Notes: generated by a model not told the origin, from the sequence alone. Counted from the first letter of the stretch, positions 24,371-37,932 are shown. The stretch: DNA of 64,000 nt from Felis catus (GCF_018350175.1 NC_058376.1:105028001-105092000), one strand, 5' to 3'. Translations and numbers: made by a program.

Positions 24371-25543
24371 AAGAGATGGATAAGAAGGTGAACATTTTCA
24401 CAAGTGGGTGAACAATGGTGAACTGCCCCTGCACCCTGTACTTCTGAAAAGAGTGCTGGTCAAGAAATCCTCCCCACCCCCTTCTGTGTTCTGAGAAATG
24501 GCTTACTGCAAAGAACCATCTTTCTCCACATGACAGATATGGTTCATGGATGACTCCCGTGTTTACCCAGACAAGGCCAGACACAGATCCTTCCATTCCC
24601 ATTCTTTGTATCATAAGTGATTAGCTACTGTACCTCCAAAACTAGCTAGACACAGGGGTAAACATTCCTTATTCCTGACTGACCAAAACTCCCCTTATGA
24701 AAGAAGCTTCCAATTGGAGAGTCACTTTCCCTGTAGCATGTCTGCTCCTCCCTACACAAGCCTAATGTGAAAGTATGTTGCCAAAGTGCTCTGAATTTGA
24801 ATCTGGGGTGCTCTCCTGATAGCAACTGGGAGCAGAAAATCAATTTCCTTCCTTTTTCTGTTTTTGTCTTTGACATGGTATTAGATATATTGTAAACCCA
24901 CTTGAGGAATATTTTCCCCCTCTCAAAACATGTTTGCCAACAAGTCCTCTCTAAATTTAAAACGAACTCTCTTAGGTGGAAATCACCTTCATGTAGGCTT
25001 CAAGAGTAGACACTGCCATGATTCAAATTTAATTATGAAATTCTAAAGTCATACTCCGAGAATTAAATTGAGACTCGGAGGAAATAGTGCATCAGTAGAA
25101 TCCTTTGGGCAATGTTCACTCTGAGAAAGTGAGTTTCTCCTCTGTTTTGCCATCCAGTGTCATTGATCCAATAAATAACCAATTAACCTTAATTAGTTTA
25201 TTTTCTCTTATTGGATACTTATTATATAGGGTATTCTACTATTTTGGTCTTCGTTATAAATGGATTAATTATAAAATTTTAAAAAATGCTTTTTCAGTGC
25301 CAATACATTTTTGCTAATATATTTTTTTACCAATAAAAAAGCAAAAATCCTTACCTACTTTGTTCCTAAAATTTGTCTCTAATGTCTGGCAGCTGAAATT
25401 ATTTTGTTTAATTGAAATTTTTGAAATAGTCAATTGTACTTGACATGCTAAGGAGACTATTAATCATTCTTTAGTATGAATTAGTCACTGTAGACTACTT
25501 TGTTTTTACTTGGAGAATCATCTTTATTAAAGAAAGGGGACTT

Positions 25544-25764
25544 GTTTTTGTTTTTGTTTTTAATGTTCACTTATTTATTTTTGAGGGGGGAAGGGGCAGA
25601 GAGAAAGACAGAGGGACAGAGAATCCCAAGCAGGCTCCATGCTGTCAGTGTTGTCAGTGAAGAGCCCCTGCGGATGTGGGGCTCAAACCTATGAACTGTG
25701 AGATCATGACCTGAGCCAAGATCAGGAGGCGGAGGCTTAACTAACTGAGCCACCGAGGTGTCCC
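25544..25764 (-). mobile_element. CAN-SINE
   Basis: Perfect TSD AAGAAAGGGGACTT at 25530-25543 and 25765-25778; small internal TGTCAGTG duplication. Confidence 0.95.
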
Positions 25765-26235
25765 AAGAAAGGGGACTTTGAAACGGAGTCGCAGGTGGAA
25801 GGCAGAATAGGATGATTTATGGAAATGCAGGTTCAGGTGGGAATGCGGTTATATCACTGAGATGTTGGATAGCTAGAGAACAGCACAAAGCCACGGGTCC
25901 AAAGAGGAAATGAGCTAGACACAAAAGACAGATAAGATTTATTCATTTAATGTTCCTGCCTCAATTCCTAGAGCTTGCACAGGTTTGTGAAATAACTAGA
26001 GTACTAAAAACACATCTGATAAAGGCCTTTCTTTTAAAGATGGATTTTGAGTAACTGAAGATATACACATTGAGAATTCTCTACGTCGGTATAACTGACG
26101 GGCTGAGGTGTGATCAGGAAGCAGATCAGCAGGTAGTGCAGACCCAGGTGATGCTATAAAGAGGATCGATCCCCGCCAGACCAGGAGATCGGCCAAGCTC
26201 CAATGGAGGTTGCCCCAGCCACCCCCACTCTCTAC

Positions 26236-26897
26236 CACTGGTGGGCCCCAAGTCAGGAGTGCAGATGGAGGTTCACATACCACATGCTAAAACATTTAGA
26301 AGCTATCAATTCGTCTGGAAAACTGTTAAATAAGTGTTATCTAACATCTCTCCCATCTTAACAAACATGCCTTCATAACTACCTGGAAGATTAGGTTCAA
26401 ATTTAGGATTCTGTAGTGCAGAAAGAACTGAACTGATCTTCAGTCTGCAGTCTGACTCCCCTCTCTTTCCAGCCCTGCACCATGGGACTTGTGTGTATGG
26501 GTGTGGACCTTTCCCTACGCCCTTACTGTATGTCCAAATTCTGTCCACATCCCATGTCAACATCCCCCACACCCCTGCAACTGGCCACTCCTTGGGCCCC
26601 TAAGCATGTACCCTGGTGACACAGTCTGCTCTTGAGAGAAAAGATGGAAAAGAGGCCTATGCAGGTCAGGAATGTAGGTGTGGGATCATCTGAGCAGGGA
26701 ACTCTAGGGTCCTGGGTACTTGGATCATTACCTAGAAGGGAGGGCTTGGATTCCAGTAGACAAAATCCCTTGGTATCTTGAATTCCTCATTATGGGAGGT
26801 GGGGATGTGGCTGGAAATGTGGCTATAGGATGGCCAGAGAGGCATCCTCTGGAGCACGTGGCCCTTTGGAGACCTTCTAAAGACCTTCTGGCCAGGG
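26236..26897 (+). mobile_element. hAT-Tip100 DNA transposon (MER115-like)
   Basis: 'gagtgcagatggaggttcacataccacatg...aactgttaaataa...cttcataactacctggaaga...ggttcaaatttagga' follows the recalled MER115 consensus. Confidence 0.6.
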
Positions 26898-27068
26898 TAT
26901 AAAGGCAGTGTTGTTGGTAGGCATACCCCACTACAGTCACTGTCTTCTTCTGTAGTGTGGTCTGTTTACATCATGCCTACGAATTGTTCAATAAATGGAC
27001 TTCATTCCATAATGTGGATTGAGTTCTCGAGGAATCCTTATTATTGATTGCATAAAATCTTGAGTTAA

Positions 27069-27288
27069 GGGGCACCTGGGTGGCTCAGTCAGTTGAACGT
27101 CCAACTTCAGCTCAGGTCATGATCTCACGGTTCGTGAGTTCGAGCCCCATATCCAGCTCTGTGCTGACAGCTCAGAGCCTGAAGCCTGCTTTGGATTCTG
27201 TGTCTCCTGTTCTCTCTGCCCCTCTCCCACTCATGCTCTGCCTCTCAGTCTCTCAAAAATAAATAAATGTTAAAAAAATTTTTTTTTT
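27069..27288 (+). mobile_element. CAN-SINE (SINEC_Fc-type)
   Basis: Perfect TSD AAATCTTGAGTTAA at 27055-27068 and 27289-27302. Confidence 0.96.
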
Positions 27289-28014
27289 AAATCTTGAGTT
27301 AAAGATTTCCTTCAAGTTGTAGGGAGGCTGGGTGGTTGAACAATTGTAGGGCTTGGAGCACATGGCCTAGGTAGCAGCTCTCCTGGACAGTGCCCAGTCT
27401 ACTCAGCTGTCAAGGCACACTTTCCCACAAGCTCTCCACTTCTCTACTCCTAATCTCTTGACACCTGCTTTTTGAGGGCCTTGCCCACAGCTAGAGATAC
27501 CTGCAAGGTCCTTCTGTTTTAATCAGGAAACACCATTTGGGAAAGGAATGTCTACTTGAAGACTTGAAGTTTCAAAAATGATTTGTATTGTTTGTTTGTT
27601 GGTTGGTTTTAAGGGATCCAAAAATATTTCTTTGTTGCGGGTTCAGACCAACTAGATAATATTCTATATAATGAAAAAAAGCTTCTTGCAATAAGGGCTC
27701 CCTAAAGCTTTCATTTTGACAGTGAAATAGACAATTCTGAAGTGCTCAATGAGTTTAATTTGCTAAATAGTAATTAGCTATGATTTAAATAGAAGATTAT
27801 TTGAAGAACTGAATAGAATAACACTGTTTATCTTCAGCATAATAATCTGAGTAATTGACTATTCTCGAACTTCGACGTAGATAAGAAGGAGCTACCATCT
27901 GTTTCCTTAGGAAGACTATTTTTGAGAGGAAGAGTTGTAAAGGGTAAATCCTTCTAGATCCTGGTGCCCTTTCATATCCATAGCAGTGCTTATATTCCAT
28001 ATGTAAATATTAAT

Positions 28015-28474
28015 TTTTTAATGTTTATTTATTTATTTATTTATTTTATTATTTTTTTTTAATTTTTTTTTCAACATTTATTTATTTTTGGGACAGAGAG
28101 AGACAGAGCATGAACGGGGGAGGGGCAGAGAGAGAGGGAGACACAGAATAGGAAGCAGGCTCCAGGCTCTGAGCCATCAGCCCAGAGCATGATGCGGGGC
28201 TCGAACTCACGGACCGCGAGATCGTGACCTGGCCGAAGTCGGACGCTTAACCGACTGCGCCACCCAGGCGCCCCTGTTTATTTATTTTTGAGAGAGAGAG
28301 AAAGAGAGAGCGTGAGCAGGGGAGGGCACAGAGAGACGGAGATACAGAATCTGAAGTAGGCTCCAGGTTCTGAGCTGTCAGCACAGAACCTGATGTGGGG
28401 CTCAAACCCACAAACCACGAGATAATGACCTGAGCCAAAGTTGGACACAACTGACTGAGCCACCCAGGTGCCCC
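28015..28474 (-). mobile_element. Older CAN-SINE (host), split by a younger SINE
   Basis: Outer TSD CCATATGTAAATATTAAT at 27997-28014 and 28474-28491; body 28275-28474. Confidence 0.93.
28035..28274 (-). mobile_element. Young CAN-SINE nested in the tail of an older SINE
   Basis: CpG-rich; inner TSD TGTTTATTTATTT at 28022-28034 and 28275-28287. Confidence 0.95.
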
Positions 28475-30034
28475 CATATGTAAATATTAATGCATACTTC
28501 TAAGCCCAGATTTGACTCCAAGTTTTCTGCCACGAACAAGAGTGGCCAGGCATCACTTCTCTTTGGATAGGTTTTAATTTCCAAGTAGGAGGGATAGGTG
28601 TGTGGGGGAGGAGTTTTAGAAAGTAAAACTGGCACTAATTCACAAGTGAAGTTGTTTAGGGCTGTCAGCATTCCTGAACTGCCCTCACCAAAGCTTCCCA
28701 GACACATAGTTCTAGCCAAACTTATGGTGTAGGGCAAGTTCATGCAGGCCCAATGGCAGTTTCCTGTTTTTGCTGGGACAGCCCCCAAAGATCTCAGAGT
28801 GATGCACATTGTGTCCCTCCTACTTAGGGTAACTATTTTTAGAGTGTGAAGAACAAAGACCATGATGTGCCACACACATACGCTATGTACTCACATCATA
28901 GTGGGGTGGTGTCATCCTTTGACACATTCAAACTATATATTAGTGTTTTAGGGAAGCATTGGAATATGTCTGTGGCTACACTTTTGCTTAACTTACAGGG
29001 GCTATGTAATCCAATATATACCACTCTCCTCTTCCCCATTATTCTTGGCCATAACAAACAGGATTTTTCAGAGCATAAAGAAACTGTGCTCTATAAGCTT
29101 AACAGTCTTTTAGTCTCATACAGGACATAACGCAAGCATGTCAAACTAAGGAGTTCAACATTTCTGCTTCTGCACATCTAAAGGCATACAAATCAGCTGC
29201 CTTGGTACTGTTTTCTGCATCTTGACTTCTGCCCTAAAGCACACACCTCCTGAAGCACAAACCCATCTGGTCTATAGTGTCTTCCTCTCCCCTTCGGCTG
29301 CTGTTGGAGCAAAGTTGCTCCCAAACTTGAGCTCTGCAGACCCTGTTACCACTGTGGCATTTCGTTGTCCCTCCCTGATCCCCATTCCTACCTTGTGAGC
29401 TACCATGGCTAAGGAGACTTGGGCATGTCCCAGTGGGTTCAGGTACCCCTGAGTCATATCCTAATTGGAACCTGCCCAGCCTATGGAATTGGGTGTTTGG
29501 GTAGGCTTCTATTCACTGGCCAGTGGTCTTGCTTAAATATATACAATTCCTCCATCTTTATCTTGCTCTCAATTCAAATTTTGTTTTTTATATAGATTTT
29601 GAAGATACTTTTGAAAGGTACTCTTTCTGAAGATTTGAATCCTGACTCTATATTTAAGGACAGTGGCTCAGGATCCTGGTGTACATGGACAGGAAAGACC
29701 TATGAGTCTGGCCTTGACATTCAAAGACTGCCTGGATTCCCAGTTGTTGTGTCTGGCTCACCTGCTGGATATGCTAGCAATAGACACTAGGAATTAGGCC
29801 CTTGGGGGTAAGATTGCCCCTAGGTAAGAATCACTGTTCATAGAAAGTAGCTAACCTGGGCTTTGAATCCAAATATGTCTGTCTTCAAAGCCAACTCTTT
29901 TCTTAGCTAGAAAATGAATTAATGTGTAAACATCAGCACTCATGTGAAGAGACTGCCTTGCATGACAGTAGAAAGACTCAATGTATCCTGGTTGTTATAG
30001 CAATTAAAGTCATTTCAAAGTAAAGGAGCATATC

Positions 30035-30140
30035 ATAATAACAGCTAACATTTATTGAGTGCTTACTATGTTCCAAGAAGTATGCCAAGCACTTTATACA
30101 CATTGGTTCATTTAATCATCTCCACAACTCTGTGAGGAAT
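30035..30140 (-). mobile_element. MIR 3' fragment
   Basis: 'aataacagctaacatttattgagtgcttactatgttcca'. Confidence 0.8.
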
Positions 30141-31289
30141 GATATGCCTGCAGACTCAGCATATAATAAAATAGATTCAGAAAAGGAAATTTTGCCATTG
30201 CAGCAGCATGAGAGCATTCTGCAACGGCTAATAATTTTTCGAAGTTCAAGTCTGGAGTCCTTGTGAGATATTAGATTTTAGGGACATCTACGATTCCAAT
30301 TATCCCCAACTATGGAATGTACCTGGTCAGGCCTGAGTTGTCAAAAAAGGATTGTTTTGAACAATTTTCACAGAGTCAACCAATTAGTTGATAGGATCAC
30401 ACATCCTTTTTGGTACCAGGCACTTTCTTGGTGTGGGACTGCATGTCACCCCCTCCCAGGGGAGTGCCTGGGGGCTGCTGGGAAAATGGAATCAGTTAAA
30501 AACTAGCTTCTTGCATTTCTCAGCCTCTTGATTCCCTAACACTGTCTCTCCAAAAAAGTCCTGGGTTTTGAAAGCGTTTTCTAAACCAAAGTCGTAGTCT
30601 CAGAAGAAAAAAAATGCGATTGCAAATGCATTAGTTTGAGTTAAGACAATGACTTAATAGTAATCATTTCATGGGGAGCAATGGAAGTCCATTGCCAGCA
30701 GAAGAAAGCTTAGGCATCACTCGGCACCATGTTCCAAATAAATGAAGGCTGGCTCAGAAGTTCATCTAATAACTTGGTAATACACCAAACCATATTATGG
30801 TTCCCACAGACAAGAATTCTGACTCGCAGATCAATTACTCAGGTGGAAAATCTTTATTGAGTGTACTGTTGAAGGCTGGTTTATGGAATAAAATGGTTTG
30901 AACACGGGATAGAGAGAAAGAAGCACCTGAGAGAATGGAACAGGGATGCTAGTTCTAAGAAGACCCTGGACTGGGGAAAAGAGAGAGAGGAACAAGAAGG
31001 GGAATCAATGAGGAGAAGAAGCCCAAACTGACCAGGGCTCAGAGTTGGGGCTATGCTACCAGATCCATGCCGGAAGGTCTTCTGAGGCTTCACTATGCCC
31101 ACAAGACTCTCAGCACTCTTCCTCAAGACAGACCGGGTTAGTTGGACATACGGAGAATTAGTACGCTGCACCAGAGTGTGGGCATGAGATTGGGGAAATC
31201 TTGAAGTGTCAGTGAGGGAGGGCTTCTGGGAAGTGTGAGAACTTGTACAGTGTTCAAAGCTCAGTACAACCTGCTCCTTTTGCCACGAG

Positions 31290-31463
31290 CAAGCTGGTGT
31301 TATGAACATGGGATCTGTGCAGTTGCATGGGCCCCATGCTCAGGAGGGCCCACACTTGGTTTAACACTCTGCTATCACTCTGTGGGCATTCTCAATAATT
31401 TTTAAACAATGGTTCCCATATTTTCATTCTGCACTTGGATCCACAAACTATATACTAGTTCTG
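31290..31463 (+). mobile_element. hAT-Tip100 MITE (MER91A-like)
   Basis: 'ctgtgcagttgcatgggccccatgctcagg...cttggtttaacactctgct...tattttcattctgcact'. Confidence 0.7.
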
Positions 31464-31995
31464 GGCAGCATATGCTATCCCAAAGTGTCTCAGTGATGTG
31501 TCATCTCTGCATTACTCCAGGACCCCAGGGAGGATGGGGCTGTTTGGGAGGGGACTCAGTAGTAACTCAAGGATCGTGCACAGTACACTGTGCTTTAGGT
31601 TCTTAGAGGAAGCAGTGAAGTGTCCTATTGCCTTAATTCTAAGATAACATCAAATATGGTACTCCATTGGCTTAATGGTAGCTTCTTTTTTTTCTGAAAA
31701 AACAACAACAACAACCCAAACACATTGGCTGTACATAAAAAATATCCAACCTATACTAATACAAAACATTAAATTGTGAATCAAAAAGAAAAGAGCATCT
31801 TAGAATAGCAGAAATAATAATTCATGGTGAGTTTTCATCAACCCTCCAACTGAATTCTGGATAGCAAAAGGAAGCATTCACCTTGCCTTGGGTGGTCTCT
31901 CTTTGGAGAGTTTTCTGGGCTGTTTAAATCCAACTGAAATTTGGTATATTTTGTGAAAGAGCAATGAAGGTGCTCTTTTAAGTGTGATTAGTTGA

Positions 31996-32226
31996 GGGGC
32001 ATCTGGGTGGTTCAGTCGGTTGAGCATTCGACTCCGGCTCAGGTCATGATCTCACAGCTCCTGAGTTTGAGCCCCGTGTTGGGCTCTGTGCTGACGGCTC
32101 AGAGCCTGCAGCCTGCTTTGGATTCTGTGTCTCCCTCTCTCTCTGCCCCTCCCCTGCTCATGCTCTGTCTCTCTCTGTCTCAAAAATAAATAAAACATTA
32201 AAAAAATTTTAAAAAAATTAAAAAAA
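31996..32226 (+). mobile_element. CAN-SINE (SINEC_Fc-type)
   Basis: Perfect 16-bp TSD AAGTGTGATTAGTTGA at 31980-31995 and 32227-32242. Confidence 0.96.
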
Positions 32227-32375
32227 AAGTGTGATTAGTTGAAAAATGAAAACAAAGGCACACTCAGGCTCTGAGGTCTAACTTTGAGGATGCTGAAAAT
32301 TACCAAGAAGCCCCTGAGCTTCTCTTTGTCATGGGTTTATTAAGCAGACCTAAAGATTTTAATAGCTAGAATGTT

Positions 32376-32587
32376 TTTATTTAAGTTTGTTTATTATTTT
32401 GAGAGAGAAAGAGAGGGAGCACGAGGGGGGGAGGGGCAGAGAGAGTAGAGAGAGAATCCCAAGCAGGCTCCACGCTGTCAGCACAGAGCCTGCCTGGCCC
32501 GGGGCTCGATCTCACGAATCCCAAGGTCATGACCTGAGCAGAAATCAAGACTCTGATGCTCAACCAACTGAGCCACCTAGGTGCCCC
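32376..32587 (-). mobile_element. CAN-SINE
   Basis: Antisense head, GA tract; TSD TA(G/C)CT(A/G)GAATGTT. Confidence 0.93.
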
Positions 32588-34614
32588 TACCTGGAATGTT
32601 CTAATCCATAGAAATGCAAATAGATGCACAACCAAGATTTTGCCCACAAGTGGAGCATTGAGTCCTTTTTCCAGATACAAGCTTTCCCTATGTCAGATCA
32701 TTTTCTTATGAGTTTTGGTTGACATCCTCCCTCAAGGTGAATGCTTCTTTGGCTGTCCAGAATTTGTGGTCTGATATATCTGTCTTCCCTAGAGAGCCCC
32801 TAAGCAAAGAGTTAGTCGCCTGCAATAGACACTGATTCACAGGTTCACTTATGACAAGCTCAGGCACCACCTTCCTCCCATATGCCTCTTGCCAACACTG
32901 ACTTGAAAAGATTCACCCACTGCTTCCTCCCACAGCTCGAGGACAAAACACAGTGAGTTAACTCTGAAAAGGGCCTCAGGGTTGCTCTTTACCCTCCATC
33001 ATCAAGAATGTGCTAAAACAACCTGGGCATCTGATGCAGTGTTGTAGGGTGGACTAATAATACTTGTAATTACCCATCTGACTAAACTTTGTAAAGTTCC
33101 TGTTGTGTGTATGGAGCTGAGCACGGTGAGGGGGTAGGAAGAATTTGAAGACAAATGAAACTGAGCCTCTGACCTGAATGGGGTGAGAGGGCTCTTAATC
33201 TAGTAGAACAGAGAAGATCTGTGCCTAAAATCTGTCACCACTAAGGCCAGTTGCCCTGTTCCTATTCCTGTGATCTCCTCACTTCCCATCATTACACAGA
33301 GTGCTATCACTTCACACCCATGTTATCCATCTTAAAGACTTTCCTATTGGATGGACACTGGCTCTAATACTCTTAATAAATGCTGTGAGCCGAAGGCCAA
33401 CTCATAAACACTTAACGAGAGTGATGACAGTGATGAGTCCCAGCTCCTTTTTGGTTGCAATCAAAATGACCCTACCTTCCTTTGGGTCCATCTAAGAACA
33501 AACGCACTATAACTCTGATAATGTTCACAACAACAAAACTACTGCTACTTCTACTACTACAACTCTGAACATCTCCATCAGGCTCATGCTCCCCTTCATT
33601 TTATATATGTTGCTTCTTAGCATTACGACATCACTGCAAGATATTTATCATTATCCTACTTCTCTTGAAGAAGAAAGGAAATGCCAGGAGCTGGAGTTCA
33701 GGCACAGCTTGCCCTCCCGGGACCCCACTGCAGCCCTTCCTTCAGGGAGAACTCTGGTTGGGTCAGCCTCTTCTCCCAAAGGGGGAAACCCAGGATGGAA
33801 GCTCAGGTCCTCTGGGAGCACTGTGGAAAGGGCTGAGGGAAGAAGCAGGACTGCATTGCTTGGGATGGAAACTGCAAATGCCAGGGTAGACCCTGCTGTC
33901 TCATGAACATGTTTTTCTCTTAGGGAAGCATTAGTATTCTGGAACAGCCAGAGCACTCGCGCTTGCTTGTAAAAAAAAAAAAAAAAAAGCATGGTTTTTT
34001 ATTGAAAAAGTCTAATGAGACGAAGGGAGGAAAAGGAAGAAAGAAGTTCTCTTCTGCAGAGAGAAGAGAGAAGGAGTCTAAGGAAAGAGTTTCTAGAAAA
34101 TTCATTTAGTCACCTGAACTATTTTAAATAGCTACTTAGCCCTTTCCAGCTGATGGGAACTGCCGGGTTCTGAACATCCCAAAGACAGTATTTTAGAGAA
34201 GCCCAGTACTCCAGGCCATACCAGCACACGCAAACTTGACATCTCTGTCATCAAGGTCCTTGGGCAGGCCCAGGTGAGAACAGACAGGATGATAATGGGA
34301 CACTCCATCCATTCACTCCTCCAACTGCTGAAAGTTCCATTGAGGCCACTAGAATATACTTGAGGAAGCCAATTTCAGTTTAGTTAAGACAGGTCAAGTT
34401 TCATTAAGATAAGTTTTTTTGGAATGCCAACTTTGTGCCAGGCATGCAGGATGCAAAAAAGATTTAGTCTAAAGGGGTCTCATTGATTTAATTGCCTACA
34501 GCCCAACATTTGCTGCCACATTGTAGCCTGAAGCCCTTTGCCATTACTAAGTATCTATTCAAATAAACCTTCTCTCTCACTATCTTGGACCCAAGGTACC
34601 CCCGCCTCCCACAA

Positions 34615-34835
34615 AAGGGCCGTATTTTCCATTAAAACAGTGTCTTTGAAACGTATAAAACAGCATTGGAAAATAAAGTAGAATGGGAATGATATCAGAG
34701 TGCAGCATACGTCATGAGTAAGCACCATCTTGTGAAAGTTACGTTTAGTTATATGTGTATATGTGTATACTGGGATGTGATGTAAAATAGATTTCTCACC
34801 ATGGGTCATGGTTTGAAAAGCTGGAAAAGCACTGC
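34615..34835 (-). mobile_element. hAT-Charlie-family MITE
   Basis: 'atatcagagtgcagc...tactgggatgtgatgtaaaat...ggaaaagcactg' with a Charlie-type terminus. Confidence 0.55.
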
Positions 34836-35270
34836 CTTAAGGGAGTCCTCCAGCCTCTATTTTCCCAGCTCTCCTCTTCCTCAAGCCAGACTCCACTATC
34901 CCTTCCTTCTGGAGGTCATTGTGGTTTTGTGCCTGCTTCTGAGACTCAACATTTCAAATGTTCCTTCCTTCCAGGAGCTAACCAACAAACGACTAGTACT
35001 TTGGTCCCTGTGCCCCATGCTCACTACCTACGCCAGCTCATCCCTCACCCTTCCACCCACCACACATACACACGCCGGTCTGCGGCCCGAAGCTCCAGCC
35101 TGGCCAGAACACTGGATGTCCTGGTCATCCATGTAGGGGTGAATCAAGAGGCTACCATGTACACAGGTCCCTTTTGCATTTGCAGTAAAACTACTGTCAA
35201 CCTAATAGCTATTACTTTACAAGGTCTCCCCACTGGTTGCAGAGAGTAATGCTTTAAAAAAAAAAAAGCA

Positions 35271-35472
35271 GGGCACCTGGGTGGCTCAGTTGGTTAAACA
35301 TCTGACTCTTGATTTCAGATCAGGTCATGATCTCACAGTTCGTGAGATTGAGCCCCATGTTGGGCTCTGCGCTGACAGCGTGGAGCTTGCTTGGGATTTT
35401 CTCTCTCTCCCCCTCCCCCTGCCCCTCCCCTGCTCTCTCTCTCTCTCTCTCTCTCAAAATAAATAAATACTT
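35271..35472 (+). mobile_element. CAN-SINE
   Basis: tRNA-like head, CT tract, AATAAA tail; A-rich TSD ending AAAGCA. Confidence 0.94.
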
Positions 35473-35689
35473 AAAAGAAAGCAAAGTCTTGCCTGAGGGG
35501 GTGGAACCTGATCCTTACAAAGGGTCAAGAGCGCAGACTGGCCATTTCTCAGGATTTCTACAGAAGGCTCCTCACCCTGGCTTCCCTGCCCTGTCTCCTA
35601 ATGCATGCTTCTTTGGACATTTCAGTGTGTAACTGCAGAATTTGATCCTAGCCACAAGCTTCAGCTCCCCACCTGGGGTTCAGTAACTG

Positions 35690-35900
35690 GAACTAATATT
35701 TCTTGAAGGCTTACTGTGAACCAGATGCTATACGAAGCACACCATCACCACTATTCCACGTATGCTCACAGCCTGATCGTGGGCGGGCAACATTTCATCC
35801 CCATTTTACAGACAAAGAAACAAAAGATTCTGTGGCTGGCCCAAATTCGGTGGGATCTGAACCTGGCCAGCTGGCTTCCATGCCTGCAAGCTTGATACTA
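35690..35900 (-). mobile_element. MIR SINE
   Basis: 'catccccattttacagacaaagaaac'. Confidence 0.65.
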
Positions 35901-35937
35901 CATCAAACAGGCTTGGGATAGCCTCAGGGACAGTTGG

Positions 35938-36055
35938 CAAGGCTGCCACATATGGCTGTGCAGATTATGTACTACGCAACTCCAGGGGATGTCATTCACA
36001 TTGCAATGTGTGGAGTTGCTCAGTGTGCAACCTGCACATCTGTGTGCAGCAGCTC
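35938..36055. mobile_element. Palindromic MITE (MER91C-like)
   Basis: Inverted arms 'gctgccacatatggctgtgcag...gcaactcca' and 'tggagttgc...ctgcacatctgtgtgcagcagc'. Confidence 0.7.
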
Positions 36056-37932
36056 AAAGAGTTTAATTGGGCTCATACAATTCTTTGCTTTTCATCAATT
36101 AACTGCTGACTGGGACTCGAGTTGTTTGAAGAGGAAATGTCTGTGGAACAGGGAGGTATTTCATTGCTTCTGTTTCTCTTCCAGGCAAAGTTCTTCTTCC
36201 CTCTAGATTAAAGTCTTAGGAAATGTGGGCAATGAGGAGAGCCCCTGTTTGCTCCCTTTGCACAGTAGCACGGAGGCTGGGAGGCAGGGGGAGGAGGAGA
36301 ATGGGCCCTGGGAGATGCTAAACTGAGTAGGCAATCAATCATCTCAGAAACTCTTTCGAGTTTCTTCTGGCTTTATTTTGGGCATTAATTGGAAATGTCT
36401 GCCCCTTCACAGAGTCTGTTTTCTCACCAGAAAGGAAAGAAGGTTCCAGTTGAGCCTGGGGATGCTGAGAAGGGATGTGATAACTTTTTAAACTATTGGC
36501 ATTATCCCCTGCTTCTTCCTCCAAAGCCTCACATTGGGATGCTTGTATATGTGACCCGTCAGCCCTTTCATCCTGGGCTCCCTTCTCTGGAGACCACCAA
36601 GAAGGGGTTGGAGAGGATTTTATAAGGGTGTCCAATGTCTGGCTTATTTTTATTTTTTTTTCCAGTTTTTAGCTTTATTGAGATATAATTATATATATTT
36701 GGCTAATACAAAATGGGAACACAGGCTCTTCTGAGAGCTGCTCCTGGAAAAGTGTGGGAGGGCAGGGACCGAGTTCTGCCTCGATCCCATAGCACTGGCT
36801 CAACAATCTTGCTGGGATCATAATTAATTGCTCAGAAAAGGTTTGTTGTTACTGGAAACGAGATGAGGGTAAAAAGACTGCACTAAAGAAAAATAATTTT
36901 AAAATTGGTTCTGTTATGGAGAAACCATGGATCTGAGTCCTATGGTTGTACACACTGTAACCTAACCTGGGCTCCATTACGTAGGCTGGGCTCCAAATCT
37001 CAGTTTATTTGTAAAATAGGAAAATAGGGATAATAACAACATATTAATGATAGTAGCTGCATCATGGGATTGTGATGGAGATTTAAAAAGATAACGCATG
37101 TAAAACACCAACACAAAGCGCAGGGGGCACTTCTGAGCAAGCATCTGGTCCATGGGTGACACAGAGAGAAATGCCACCCCCCTCCCTGAGCTCAGAGGAA
37201 CGTGGGGTTGGAGATGTGACCAGCTGATCTCATAGGGACTTGTTTCTTATGTGCCTCTTGTATCTCAGTAATTAAAGGATGTTCAAAGGTATTTGTGACT
37301 ATCTGATTTTCAATTTATATACTATCTTTAGAACCTATGCTGTCCCCCACCAAGGTCTGATGGCACTGTAACTGCTCAATTCAAGGGAGTTTTCATTATC
37401 AAAGAAGCGTCCAAGGATTTATAAGAAGTGAAGGTGATATCTGAAATTTAAAAGAAGTAGCTGTTAGATCAAAGAGACCATGACTATTAGTTCATAAGGC
37501 AAAGTATGAAAGTTTAGCTTTCTTAATAGATACTTATTTGTGTTCCTCCTTTCCCTACCACTTCCCCCTCTTCCCATTCTCATAGCCCTCCCCCGTAAAT
37601 AACCATTTTGTAAACTCAATTTTTAAAAATCTGGTTACTTTGGATCCATTTCTCTGACTGTTCAGTTGATAATACAGTCTGCGCTAAACTGAAGTTTTCC
37701 TCATGCTATCTATGCTAAAAGGACTTTCTGTTACTAAGAGTCATGGAAAGAAACATGCTTGCCAAGGGCATGGACAATTTAGTACTGGCCTTTAGAAAAT
37801 GCATGATGTTAATTACAGATCAAAGTTACTAAGGCTTAAAGTAGAAGAGAGATGTTTATCAATGAATTTTCTCTGAGAGCAAAACTTTCCCTAGGATTAT
37901 CATGTTACAGATTACAAAATGTTAGTTTGAGG

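Noticed and set aside
24036-24614. Longest ORF (192 aa)
   Set aside because: Overlaps a decayed L2 3' end; no recognisable domain.
35938-36055. miR-652 gene
   Set aside because: The segment that would encode the mature 3p sequence is missing; only the parent MITE family is shared.
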